Origin: an uncultured Alphaproteobacteria bacterium
GTDB lineage: Bacteria; Pseudomonadota; Alphaproteobacteria; Methylaequorales; Methylaequoraceae
DNA length: 64,000 bases
Direction: 5' to 3'
NCBI GenBank assembly: GCA_902540805.1
Contig: CACBON010000002.1
Span: forward strand, 27,322-91,321
Shown here: in pieces, positions 1 to 7,815 of the stretch
Layout of the letters: each line of letters opens with the position of its first letter
How positions within the stretch are numbered: the first letter of the stretch is position 1
Program-made: the position numbers and the translations under genes
Notes under the pieces: generated by a model
Database searches by the model: none
Told to the model about the DNA's origin: nothing
What the model saw: the letters and a program-made list of their open reading frames with translations, nothing else

Positions 1-107
1 AATTCACCATTTTTAAACCTAAAACTCATATTTCTAGTTGTTTTGAAACTAAATGTTTTGTCAGTCCAGTGATGAATTTCAGTAACTTTTTCTTTTAGAA
101 GAGCCAT
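1..107 (-). CDS. fpr: Ferredoxin--NADP+ reductase, N-terminal part (runs off window)
   Basis: Manual translation from ATG at 107: MALLKEKVTEIHHWTDKTFSFKTTRNMSFRFKNGEF, matching the bacterial FPR N-terminus (HHWTDxLFSFxTTR..FRFxNGEF). Not in the ORF track. Confidence 0.85.
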   Translation of the reverse strand, partial: MALLKEKVTEIHHWTDKTFSFKTTRNMSFRFKNGE

Positions 108-183
108 TAAATTTTTTCAAAAAAACATCATATTATTGATTAATAATTATGCTATAAACCTTAATTATATAATTTTTAAAGAA

Positions 184-3100
184 ATGACAAGTATTAATAT
201 AAGAAAATTATCTCATTCCGAGATGGATTTGTACAGGAAACCTTTATTACCTGAAAAATGGAGTTGTTTTCCTGTTGACAGAGACATCGATACTCAACAG
301 TTAAGAAAAATTTTGCAAAAAGATTTAGATAAAATTAGATCTGGTGCAGAAAAAGATCCATTTTCCAATTCAATCACAATGTTAGCTCTTGATATTTCTA
401 GGAGGTTAGAGAAGAATAGACTAAATTATTCTGCACTTGAAGCTTTGATTCAAAGGCTAGCTGTTGGTTCATTTGGTCTTCGTGCTGATCGTTTAAAATC
501 TTATATCGGTAAAATAGATAAAAAACAAAACATTGAAATAATCAGAAAAATCATTATAAACCTAGCATTTGAAGAAAAGAAAAAGTTAACGTTTAAAGAA
601 TTTAACTGCAAGATTTCTAAAGAAATATTTGGAATTGTTTTAACAGCACATCCAACTTTTGGGATGACCTACAACATGATGTTAGAATTGGCAAAATTGG
701 CTACATCAAAAAATAATAATAAAAATCTTTCTGATAAAGAATTAAAAGGGATTGTTAAAGAAGTCTTCAAGACAGAGCAAAGACCAGAAAAGAAAATAAC
801 ACTTGATTTTGAACACAGTCTATCAATGTCTGCTCTAAAATTTCTTCAAGCTTCGCTAAGAACATTTTATGAGGTAATCATAGATGTATCAAAAAAATTA
901 TTCCCTGATAATTATCATAGAGTAACACCACAGATTTTTAGATTACATACTTGGGTTGGATATGATGTTGATGGGAGAGGGGATATATTTTGGAGTGATA
1001 GTTTTTCAAAAAGACTTAAGGTTAAGGTTGAGCAACTAGATATTTACCAACAAAGGGTAAATAAAATTATTAAATTAAATAAAGACAAAGGTTGTGAAAT
1101 TGAATTATCTCAAATAAGAAACATTATCTCTAATGCACTTAAAACTAATTCTGAGGCGCTTACAAAATTTACACAAAAAGATTTCGTTAATGATTTAAAT
1201 TCAATTAAGCAAGTATCAAATTTTCTTCACAAAAATAAAGACAAGTTGCTTACAAACTCTTTGCTAATTTTAGAAAAAATTTCAGCTGTTTTAAATTACT
1301 TAGTCGAAAAGGATTCAAGTAAAAATAACAAAACTATTTATGAGATATTAATTTTTAAAATTGAATTATCAAATTTTGGACTTGGTTTAGGAAGAACACA
1401 ATTAAGACTTAATGCAAACCAACTAAATAATGCTATATCCAAAGAAATAGATTTGATGGGAGATCCAAATGATCCCTCAAATAAACTTACCTATCTGAAT
1501 ATAATTTCAAGAATGATTGATAATGTTAAACCTGTAAAAATCAATTTTGGAAGTATTTATGAAGAAAATATGAATGCAAGAAGATATTTTATGTTAACAA
1601 AACAAATATTGAAATATATAGACGAGAATCAGTCAATAAGGTTTCTGATCGCAGAATGTGATTACCCACTTACTGTTATGACAGCATTATATTTCTCAAA
1701 ATTATTTGGAGTGGAAAGTAAAATCGATATATCACCTCTATTTGAAACCGAGAAAGGTCTTGAGATTGGTGACGATGTAATTAGGACACTTTTAAGAAAT
1801 TCAAATTTTAAAAAATATATCTTAGCAAGAAAGAAACTTACAGTTCAAACAGGATTCTCAGATGCTGGAAGATACTTAGGTCAATCTGCTGCAGTTTTAT
1901 CAATTGAAAATTTGCAAAGAAAAATTGCCAAAGCAATGCATGATTTGAATATTACAAACGTAAAACTTTTAATTTTTAATACTCACGGAGAATCGATTGG
2001 AAGAGGGGGACATCCTGTATCTTTAATTGATAGACTGAAATATGTAAATTGTAATTATACTCGAAAAAAACTTATGGATTGGAAAATTGATTTAATTCAA
2101 GAAATGAGTTTTCAGGGTGGTGACGGTTATCAATACTTTATGAATCATGATCTAGCCTTTGCTGCTATTTCAAGAATTGCAGAATTTTGCTATAATGATA
2201 GTTCTGTAAAATCAGATGCTTTGTATGATTCAGTAGATTTTGGCATAGAGTTTGTTAATACAATTAAAAATTTCAATACAGAAATTATGGACGATCCTAA
2301 TTACGCCGCACTTTTAAATGTATTTGGATCTAATTTAACTCACTCAACTGGATCAAGATCAGTGAAGCGTCATATTGACTCTTCTATAAAGACACTTGTT
2401 TATCATCCCAGTCAGACAAGAGCAATACCTCAGAATTCGATCCTTCAACAACTTGGAATGCTAGCAAACTCTCTGGGGGGAGTTGGAAGATTTATAGGGA
2501 AAGACCAAAAAAAATTCGTTAAAATATACAACAATTCTGAGAGATTTAAAAGAATTATGGATATAGTGCAACATGCATTCGCCTTTAGTGATATAGAAGT
2601 ATTAAAGGCTTACATAGATTGTTTTGATCCAGGGATGTGGTTGTCATGGTCAACAAGAACTGCAGATTCTGAAAGAAGTAAAAATATGAAAGAAGTCGCA
2701 AATTTACTTGAAAAATTTGATGTTCATTGGAGGCTTAATAAAGTTTACAGAGGACTGCACCAAGAATATATGGAAATAAGAAACTGGATTTTAGGTCGAA
2801 AACTCAGGGGAAGAATAGCTGTAGGAAGAGGAAGGGTTATTGAAAAAGAAATCAGAGACGAATTATTATTAATGCATGGAATACGAGTTGCAATTTTTCA
2901 CGAAATTTTTTTACTCTCCGTTAGAATCCCAAAGTTCAGTGATCAGGCAGGTACGTCGAGAGACGAAGTCATTGCAAAATTAATACGATTTGACGTTTTT
3001 AACGCTGTTGAGATTCTCAGGAAAATCTTTCCAGTTGGTCAAGCAAAAACTTCGAATATTGGTTTTTCTGATAAATCAAATTATGTAAGTGAGGGTAACA

Positions 3101-3210
3101 TTAATTATACAAAAGAAGAAAAAAATATTTTCCAAAAATTGGAAGCCCTATATGAATGTGCAAGACGGGTTAGCAATGGAATCAATCACTTTATAGGATC
3201 TGTAGGTTAA
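184..3210 (+). CDS. ppc: Phosphoenolpyruvate carboxylase (divergent alphaproteobacterial type)
   Basis: VLTAHPT, WVGYDVDG, PLFET, GFSDAGR, GRGGHP, GSRSVKR and RAIP are variants of PEPC motifs; ATG 184 preferred over TTG 136. Confidence 0.8.
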   Translation: MTSINIRKLSHSEMDLYRKPLLPEKWSCFPVDRDIDTQQLRKILQKDLDKIRSGAEKDPFSNSITMLALDISRRLEKNRLNYSALEALIQRLAVGSFGLRADRLKSYIGKIDKKQNIEIIRKIIINLAFEEKKKLTFKEFNCKISKEIFGIVLTAHPTFGMTYNMMLELAKLATSKNNNKNLSDKELKGIVKEVFKTEQRPEKKITLDFEHSLSMSALKFLQASLRTFYEVIIDVSKKLFPDNYHRVTPQIFRLHTWVGYDVDGRGDIFWSDSFSKRLKVKVEQLDIYQQRVNKIIKLNKDKGCEIELSQIRNIISNALKTNSEALTKFTQKDFVNDLNSIKQVSNFLHKNKDKLLTNSLLILEKISAVLNYLVEKDSSKNNKTIYEILIFKIELSNFGLGLGRTQLRLNANQLNNAISKEIDLMGDPNDPSNKLTYLNIISRMIDNVKPVKINFGSIYEENMNARRYFMLTKQILKYIDENQSIRFLIAECDYPLTVMTALYFSKLFGVESKIDISPLFETEKGLEIGDDVIRTLLRNSNFKKYILARKKLTVQTGFSDAGRYLGQSAAVLSIENLQRKIAKAMHDLNITNVKLLIFNTHGESIGRGGHPVSLIDRLKYVNCNYTRKKLMDWKIDLIQEMSFQGGDGYQYFMNHDLAFAAISRIAEFCYNDSSVKSDALYDSVDFGIEFVNTIKNFNTEIMDDPNYAALLNVFGSNLTHSTGSRSVKRHIDSSIKTLVYHPSQTRAIPQNSILQQLGMLANSLGGVGRFIGKDQKKFVKIYNNSERFKRIMDIVQHAFAFSDIEVLKAYIDCFDPGMWLSWSTRTADSERSKNMKEVANLLEKFDVHWRLNKVYRGLHQEYMEIRNWILGRKLRGRIAVGRGRVIEKEIRDELLLMHGIRVAIFHEIFLLSVRIPKFSDQAGTSRDEVIAKLIRFDVFNAVEILRKIFPVGQAKTSNIGFSDKSNYVSEGNINYTKEEKNIFQKLEALYECARRVSNGINHFIGSVG

Positions 3211-3216
3211 TAAGGG

Positions 3217-4128
3217 TTATTTCTTTTTTTCAGCTTTATAGTGATCTTCAATTGCACCTATGTCTTTATCCGATAAATTCAGTTTTTCTGATAATAACCT
3301 TAGTTCCTCTCTTTCCTCCTTATCAATAACATCGTCTTTCAGCATAAATTTTAATTTGTCTTCATATTTTTTTTGATTCCTTCTTGTGAATTCTGTAAAA
3401 GCTGATGCCATGATTCCAGCCGGTAATGCAACTGTTCCAATTCCTAAAATAATACTTATAGACCCAAAAAATTTTCCTAAATTTGTAATAGGGTACACAT
3501 CCCCGTAACCAACTGTCGTAAGAGTAACTAATGCCCACCACATGGATTGAGGGATACTTCCAAATTTTTCTGGTTGAACGTCTTTTTCAACTAAGTACAT
3601 TCCACTTGATACGATTATTAAAGCTATAAATAATAAAAAAAATGCTGCAGCAAAGGACCTTCTTTGATCCCATAATACAGAAATCAAACTATTAATTGAA
3701 CCTGAATATCTTGAAAATTTTAACAACCTTACAATCCTCAACGCTCTTATAAATCTAAGATCAATAGTTGGATAAAATAATGCGACAAGACTTGGAAGTA
3801 TTGCAACCGCGTCAATTATAGCTCCAAAACTAAAAATATATCTGACTCTTTTTTTATAATCACTCTCTTTTGCATCTTCTTTTGAAACACAAGACCACAA
3901 CCTGAGTAGATATTCTATAGTAAAAATTAATACAGAAAAATACTCGAAATAATTGAAGTAAATTTCAAATTTTTCATAAATTGAATCAACAGTTTCTAAA
4001 ATTACTGAAAAAACATTTAAAGTTATCAAGGTAAGAAGAAAAAGATCAGTTATCTTACTTGCTATGTCTTTATCTTGTCCTGGTTCAAGTAATTGCCAAC
4101 ATCTATATTGTATTTGTTTAATATTAAT
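3217..4128 (-). CDS. Voltage-gated-type potassium channel (ion transporter)
   Basis: S4-like RFIRALRIVRLLKFSRY, FGSIPQSMWW and selectivity filter TTVGYGD. The frame stays open upstream of the track's TTG (4029) to ATT at 4128, preceded by AGGAG. Confidence 0.85.
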   Translation of the reverse strand: MNIKQIQYRCWQLLEPGQDKDIASKITDLFLLTLITLNVFSVILETVDSIYEKFEIYFNYFEYFSVLIFTIEYLLRLWSCVSKEDAKESDYKKRVRYIFSFGAIIDAVAILPSLVALFYPTIDLRFIRALRIVRLLKFSRYSGSINSLISVLWDQRRSFAAAFFLLFIALIIVSSGMYLVEKDVQPEKFGSIPQSMWWALVTLTTVGYGDVYPITNLGKFFGSISIILGIGTVALPAGIMASAFTEFTRRNQKKYEDKLKFMLKDDVIDKEEREELRLLSEKLNLSDKDIGAIEDHYKAEKKK

Positions 4129-4144
4129 TGGTTGCTCCTGAGAA

Positions 4145-4432
4145 TTATTTTTTAGGACACGTTATTTCTTTTTGGCATGTATTCCCTGGAGAACCGAGGT
4201 ATATCTCTTTATCTTTTGCTCCTCTTTTCTGAGATTGATAGGTGCAAACAACGTCACCTGGAACTTTTCTTTCACTAATAAGCCTACATTTTGGTTGAAT
4301 AACAATTCTCTTTCTTCTGTCAAATGTTCCCTCTTCAGGAGCATAGGTCCTGCCCTTTGTTTTTGGTAAAGAGTCGACCATAAAGGGAATTATAAAGCAA
4401 AATAATACAAAAAGACTAAGAATTTTCCTCAT
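4145..4432 (-). CDS. Small exported protein with four Cys, unknown function
   Basis: ATG 4432 gives a signal-peptide-like MRKILSLFVLFCFIIPFMVDS; four Cys in the mature part; overlaps the upstream gene. Confidence 0.6.
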   Translation of the reverse strand: MRKILSLFVLFCFIIPFMVDSLPKTKGRTYAPEEGTFDRRKRIVIQPKCRLISERKVPGDVVCTYQSQKRGAKDKEIYLGSPGNTCQKEITCPKK

Positions 4433-4664
4433 CAGGCTTTTCCTTGTTCTGAATATTTGTTTTTGTGGATGTTTCTTCTTCAGATCCAGGCATATAAGCA
4501 GATCCTTGAATTGACTTTGCAACAAATTTGTTCATTAAAGGATCTGATTTCTTTACATAATCCTCGAGCTCTTCTTGCAAAATTTTTTCTGCCTCTTCCT
4601 TACTTTTAGCTTCAATTTCAGCTAGCCCATCAACAATCCAGTGAACTTTATAAATCATCTTCAT
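4416..4664 (-). CDS. Hypothetical protein (82 aa)
   Basis: Overlap-coupled ORF inside a minus-strand operon; contains EIEAKSKEEA. Confidence 0.6.
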   Translation of the reverse strand: MKMIYKVHWIVDGLAEIEAKSKEEAEKILQEELEDYVKKSDPLMNKFVAKSIQGSAYMPGSEEETSTKTNIQNKEKPDEENS

Positions 4665-5304
4665 CCTTGTTAGAATTAAAATATTTATTTTTTGTTAGGA
4701 TTTCATTGGCTTGAACCTGGATTTCAGTTATTTTTTCCTTTTCAATTAACTCTCCAACTCTATCCCTAATTTTCATAGCTTTATATATTCCTGAACTTAC
4801 AGATACAGAATACCATAAATATGATTTTTCAAAATCAATTTCTGGAGAAATTTTTTCATACCAATAACCCAATTGAAAGGCTGATATTGGATTGTTATCG
4901 TTAACATACCCATTTTCAAGAATTTTAGGGATAGTTTTGGAAATTTTTAAAAATTCATCTTCTTCAATTTTTTCTTCAATTGATTTTATTTTATTTAAAC
5001 ATTTTTTATTTCCGTTTAGTGAACAAAGCCAAGTATACTTAAGTGACTTGCTAAAGTTTTGGGTAGTTCCGATACCCTCAAAATACATATTTGATAAATT
5101 AAAAATTGCATCTTTATTTCCTTTTTCGGAAAGATTAAAAAAAACAATAAAAGATTTTTTAAACTCTCCATTTTCATAAAAATTCACCCCACTTTTGTAG
5201 TATTCCACATCATTCAAATATTTATTTTCAGGTGTTATTGTGTCTGCGAAAGACAATTCTTTAACGAGAAAAAAGTTTAAAAGAATTAAAAGAAATTGTT
5301 TCAC
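4648..5304 (-). CDS. Exported Sel1-repeat (TPR-like) protein
   Basis: Signal peptide; Sel1 repeats GNKDAIFNLSNMYFEGIGTTQNFSKS and SAFQLGYWY...DFEKSYLWY. Confidence 0.8.
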   Translation of the reverse strand: MKQFLLILLNFFLVKELSFADTITPENKYLNDVEYYKSGVNFYENGEFKKSFIVFFNLSEKGNKDAIFNLSNMYFEGIGTTQNFSKSLKYTWLCSLNGNKKCLNKIKSIEEKIEEDEFLKISKTIPKILENGYVNDNNPISAFQLGYWYEKISPEIDFEKSYLWYSVSVSSGIYKAMKIRDRVGELIEKEKITEIQVQANEILTKNKYFNSNKDEDDL

Positions 5305-5684
5305 CTTCCCGCCATCATTATTAACTGTAAATATAAAACTCTTAATCTAAACTTGGAATTTGGTCTTTGTTCATAAACAACAATTCTTGGTCTATCAGAA
5401 TTAGGTTTTTGAAATTCTATTGACATATCTTCTGGAAGAAATACACCATTAAATTCCAAAGTTTTTTGAGGATCTTGTTCAAACTCTTCTTTAAATTTAG
5501 AATCAATCCAAATCCTTGCCAGAACCCTTCCAAGTATATCTGGAAGAAACTTTCTTACCTCTGATCTATTTTTGAAATGATGAAGTTTATTAGTTATGTC
5601 AAGTGTTTTCGTTTTGTCTTGATTAACAGTTATAACTTCGTTTTGTTTAGTTTTGACTGGTAAATTTTGTTGTTTTTTTTTCAT
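5301..5684 (-). CDS. Hypothetical protein with NHLP-leader / nitrile hydratase alpha N-terminal-like segment
   Basis: RVLARIWIDSKFKEEFEQDPQKTLEFNGVFLPEDMSIEF resembles the xIARAWxDxxFKxxLxxDPxxxLxxxGxxLP pattern. Confidence 0.55.
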   Translation of the reverse strand: MKKKQQNLPVKTKQNEVITVNQDKTKTLDITNKLHHFKNRSEVRKFLPDILGRVLARIWIDSKFKEEFEQDPQKTLEFNGVFLPEDMSIEFQKPNSDRPRIVVYEQRPNSKFRLRVLYLQLIMMAGR

Positions 5685-5770
5685 AGCTCAGTTTATTATA
5701 TATCTAAATCATAATTTAAAATAAATCATTAATTTATTAAAATTTTTGAAATATTGTCGTTACATTATTT

Positions 5771-6043
5771 ATGCATAGCACGAAGAACATTATTAAATTC
5801 CCAAATTTAATAAACCAAAAGAAAGAAAAAATGGTTAAAATTAGAGATGAAATTGAAAAAATTTTAACCAACTATGCCATTAATGAGAGAGATTTATGGG
5901 CTGTTTCACTTGCTGCTGGAAGATTTGCTTCAATCAATCTTGAAAAGTTGGATGGTGAAAAGCAGACAATTAATTTTTTTAAAAATTGTATTGAAACTCA
6001 AAAAAAGTTTGAACTAACCAGAAATCCTTCCAACATTCCCTGA
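5771..6043 (+). CDS. Hypothetical protein (90 aa)
   Basis: ATG-initiated ORF filling the gap between two operons; NIIKFP N-terminus; 30-bp convergent overlap with the bactofilin gene. Confidence 0.55.
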   Translation: MHSTKNIIKFPNLINQKKEKMVKIRDEIEKILTNYAINERDLWAVSLAAGRFASINLEKLDGEKQTINFFKNCIETQKKFELTRNPSNIP

Positions 6044-6331
6044 AATTTGAGCTCCAGTATCAACGGAAAGCGAATTTGTTTTTAATTTACCGTCAATTAC
6101 ACCACTGTTAGAGACTTCTAGAAGGTCAGCTGTAATATCTCCATCAACCTTTCCCTCTACTTTTAAGTGTTCTGCATTTATGTTTCCATTGAAAAGTGCT
6201 GTGGATTCAATAATTACAGATCTAGCAACGATATTCCCTTTAAAATTTCCCGCTATAACAACTTGTCCTTCTTTCGACTCTAATTGTCCTTCCATGAGAA
6301 GACTTTTATTAATATAGGTTATATCACTCAT
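6014..6331 (-). CDS. Bactofilin (polymer-forming cytoskeletal protein) 3
   Basis: Beta-helix repeats IAGNFKGNI, FNGNINAEHLKVEGKVDGDI, IDGKL..SLSVDTGAQISG. Confidence 0.85.
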   Translation of the reverse strand: MSDITYINKSLLMEGQLESKEGQVVIAGNFKGNIVARSVIIESTALFNGNINAEHLKVEGKVDGDITADLLEVSNSGVIDGKLKTNSLSVDTGAQISGNVGRISG

Positions 6332-6333
6332 CT

Positions 6334-6687
6334 TTAATCCTCAGCGTGTTTATTATTTTTTAACTTATTTTCATCCCAGTTATGGATGATCTTACAGTTG
6401 AGTGCTGCACCTCTATCCATCTGAAGTGATTTATAATTAATTTCTCCAGTAATTACAGAAGAATCTGTAAGCCAAACAGAATCAGCTTTAATTTTACCTT
6501 GATAGTTTCCAGAAATTACAACTAACTCAGATATTATTGACCCTTCTAGTGAAGCATATCTTCCAAGTGTTACCTTATCAGATTTAATATCTGCTTCGAC
6601 TCTTCCATTAATTTCTATAGTTGATGCATTAGATATTTTGCCTTTAAATATCGCTCCTCTTCCTATGATTGATTGATTATCTGCCAT
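6334..6687 (-). CDS. Bactofilin 2
   Basis: SIIGRGAIFKGKI, IEINGRVEADI, ITGEINYKSLQMDRGA. Confidence 0.85.
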   Translation of the reverse strand: MADNQSIIGRGAIFKGKISNASTIEINGRVEADIKSDKVTLGRYASLEGSIISELVVISGNYQGKIKADSVWLTDSSVITGEINYKSLQMDRGAALNCKIIHNWDENKLKNNKHAED

Positions 6688-6689
6688 TA

Positions 6690-7112
6690 TTAAATACCTT
6701 TAGATTTTTTTGATGGTTTTTTTCTTTTTTCTTTCTCTAAACTTTTGTCTTCTATTCTTTTATCTAATCCACGGAAAAGCTGAATCTCTAAATTAGCACC
6801 TGGTCTTGCACTTAAACTATTGTAATACATATTACCTTTTATGTTAGCTGCAGATTCTATAGCTAATGATTCAGCAGTAACATCGCCCTCAAATTTACCT
6901 CCAATTATACATTCGAAAGCTTTTATATTACCTTTCTGATTTCCTTCAGCAGAAATATGAACATGTTCACATTCTATATTACCTTTAACAATTCCTTTAA
7001 GCACTAACTTTCCACTACATTTTATGTTACCGTTAATTTGCATTTCAGTACCAATTACACTAGAGGAAGTCGATGCTTTTTTTGGAGTTTTATCTGAGTT
7101 TCTAGAAAACAT
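6690..7112 (-). CDS. Bactofilin 1 (BacA-like, MFS N-terminus)
   Basis: MFSR N-terminus, SVIGTEMQINGNI, IGGKFEGDV, IKGNMYYNSLSARPGA. Confidence 0.9.
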   Translation of the reverse strand: MFSRNSDKTPKKASTSSSVIGTEMQINGNIKCSGKLVLKGIVKGNIECEHVHISAEGNQKGNIKAFECIIGGKFEGDVTAESLAIESAANIKGNMYYNSLSARPGANLEIQLFRGLDKRIEDKSLEKEKRKKPSKKSKGI

Positions 7113-7123
7113 ATTTCTATTTT

Positions 7124-7139
7124 TGCAATAATTTTGCCA
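7124..7139 (-). promoter_or_regulatory. Sigma-54 -24/-12 promoter of the bactofilin operon
   Basis: TGGCAAAATTATTGCA on the minus strand (GG-N10-GC), directly upstream of ATG 7112. Confidence 0.8.
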
Positions 7140-7211
7140 ATTAATTTAATTTTTAGAACTTTTACCATTATCATAAAAAAAATTAAAAAAAAAGTTTTAT
7201 TATTTATATTT

Positions 7212-7227
7212 TGGCTTACTAAATGCA
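7212..7227 (+). promoter_or_regulatory. Probable sigma-54 promoter of the 7269/M23 operon
   Basis: TGGCTTACTAAATGCA (GG-N10-GC), a weaker consensus match. Confidence 0.55.
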
Positions 7228-7268
7228 TAAATTTACTTTTAATAAATTTTATTGTAAATTAATGAATT

Positions 7269-7811
7269 ATGAGTGAACCAGTAATTGATATTAGAGACAG
7301 GATAGAAAAGATGAGAAATCAGATGACCGTACCTGCCTCTAAAGTTTCTACTTCAGAAACAAAAGTTGAAAGTAAAAAAATTGAATCCGTACCAAGCGAC
7401 AAAGCCGCAAACATTAATGTAGAAAACTTAGAAAAAAAAATAAGTAAAAACAACTTTGAAATAGCCGATAAAGAAAATATTAAATTTAAGACAAACGAAA
7501 AATCAGCGGTCGATTCTGAAGCAAAAAAGCATAAACCAAAAAAAGCTGAAGAACCTGATTTTATTGAAAAAATAGAATTTGAAAAACAAAAGACTTTTGA
7601 AACTAAGCAAAATTATAAGACCTATGATAGCTATCAAAATGATAGAGTTGTTGATGATAAAAAACAATCAGTAAAGTTTGATGAAAAACAACCATTTCCT
7701 CAGTTTAGTTTAAACGTAAGTAATCCTATTTCTTGGAAACTAATGTTGCTAATTATGTTAATGCAACTGTTAACCAACATGATGTTGGTTGTTGTTTTAT
7801 ACCTAAAATAA
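7269..7811 (+). CDS. Hypothetical C-terminally anchored membrane protein
   Basis: Charged low-complexity body with a single hydrophobic helix at the extreme C-terminus (WKLMLLIMLMQLLTNMMLVVVLYLK). Confidence 0.7.
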   Translation: MSEPVIDIRDRIEKMRNQMTVPASKVSTSETKVESKKIESVPSDKAANINVENLEKKISKNNFEIADKENIKFKTNEKSAVDSEAKKHKPKKAEEPDFIEKIEFEKQKTFETKQNYKTYDSYQNDRVVDDKKQSVKFDEKQPFPQFSLNVSNPISWKLMLLIMLMQLLTNMMLVVVLYLK

Positions 7812-7815
7812 CTAA

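Noticed and set aside
4145-5684. RiPP (NHLP/TOMM/proteusin) biosynthetic cluster
   Set aside because: Only a leader-like segment; no core peptide, maturase or peptidase-ABC exporter in the window.
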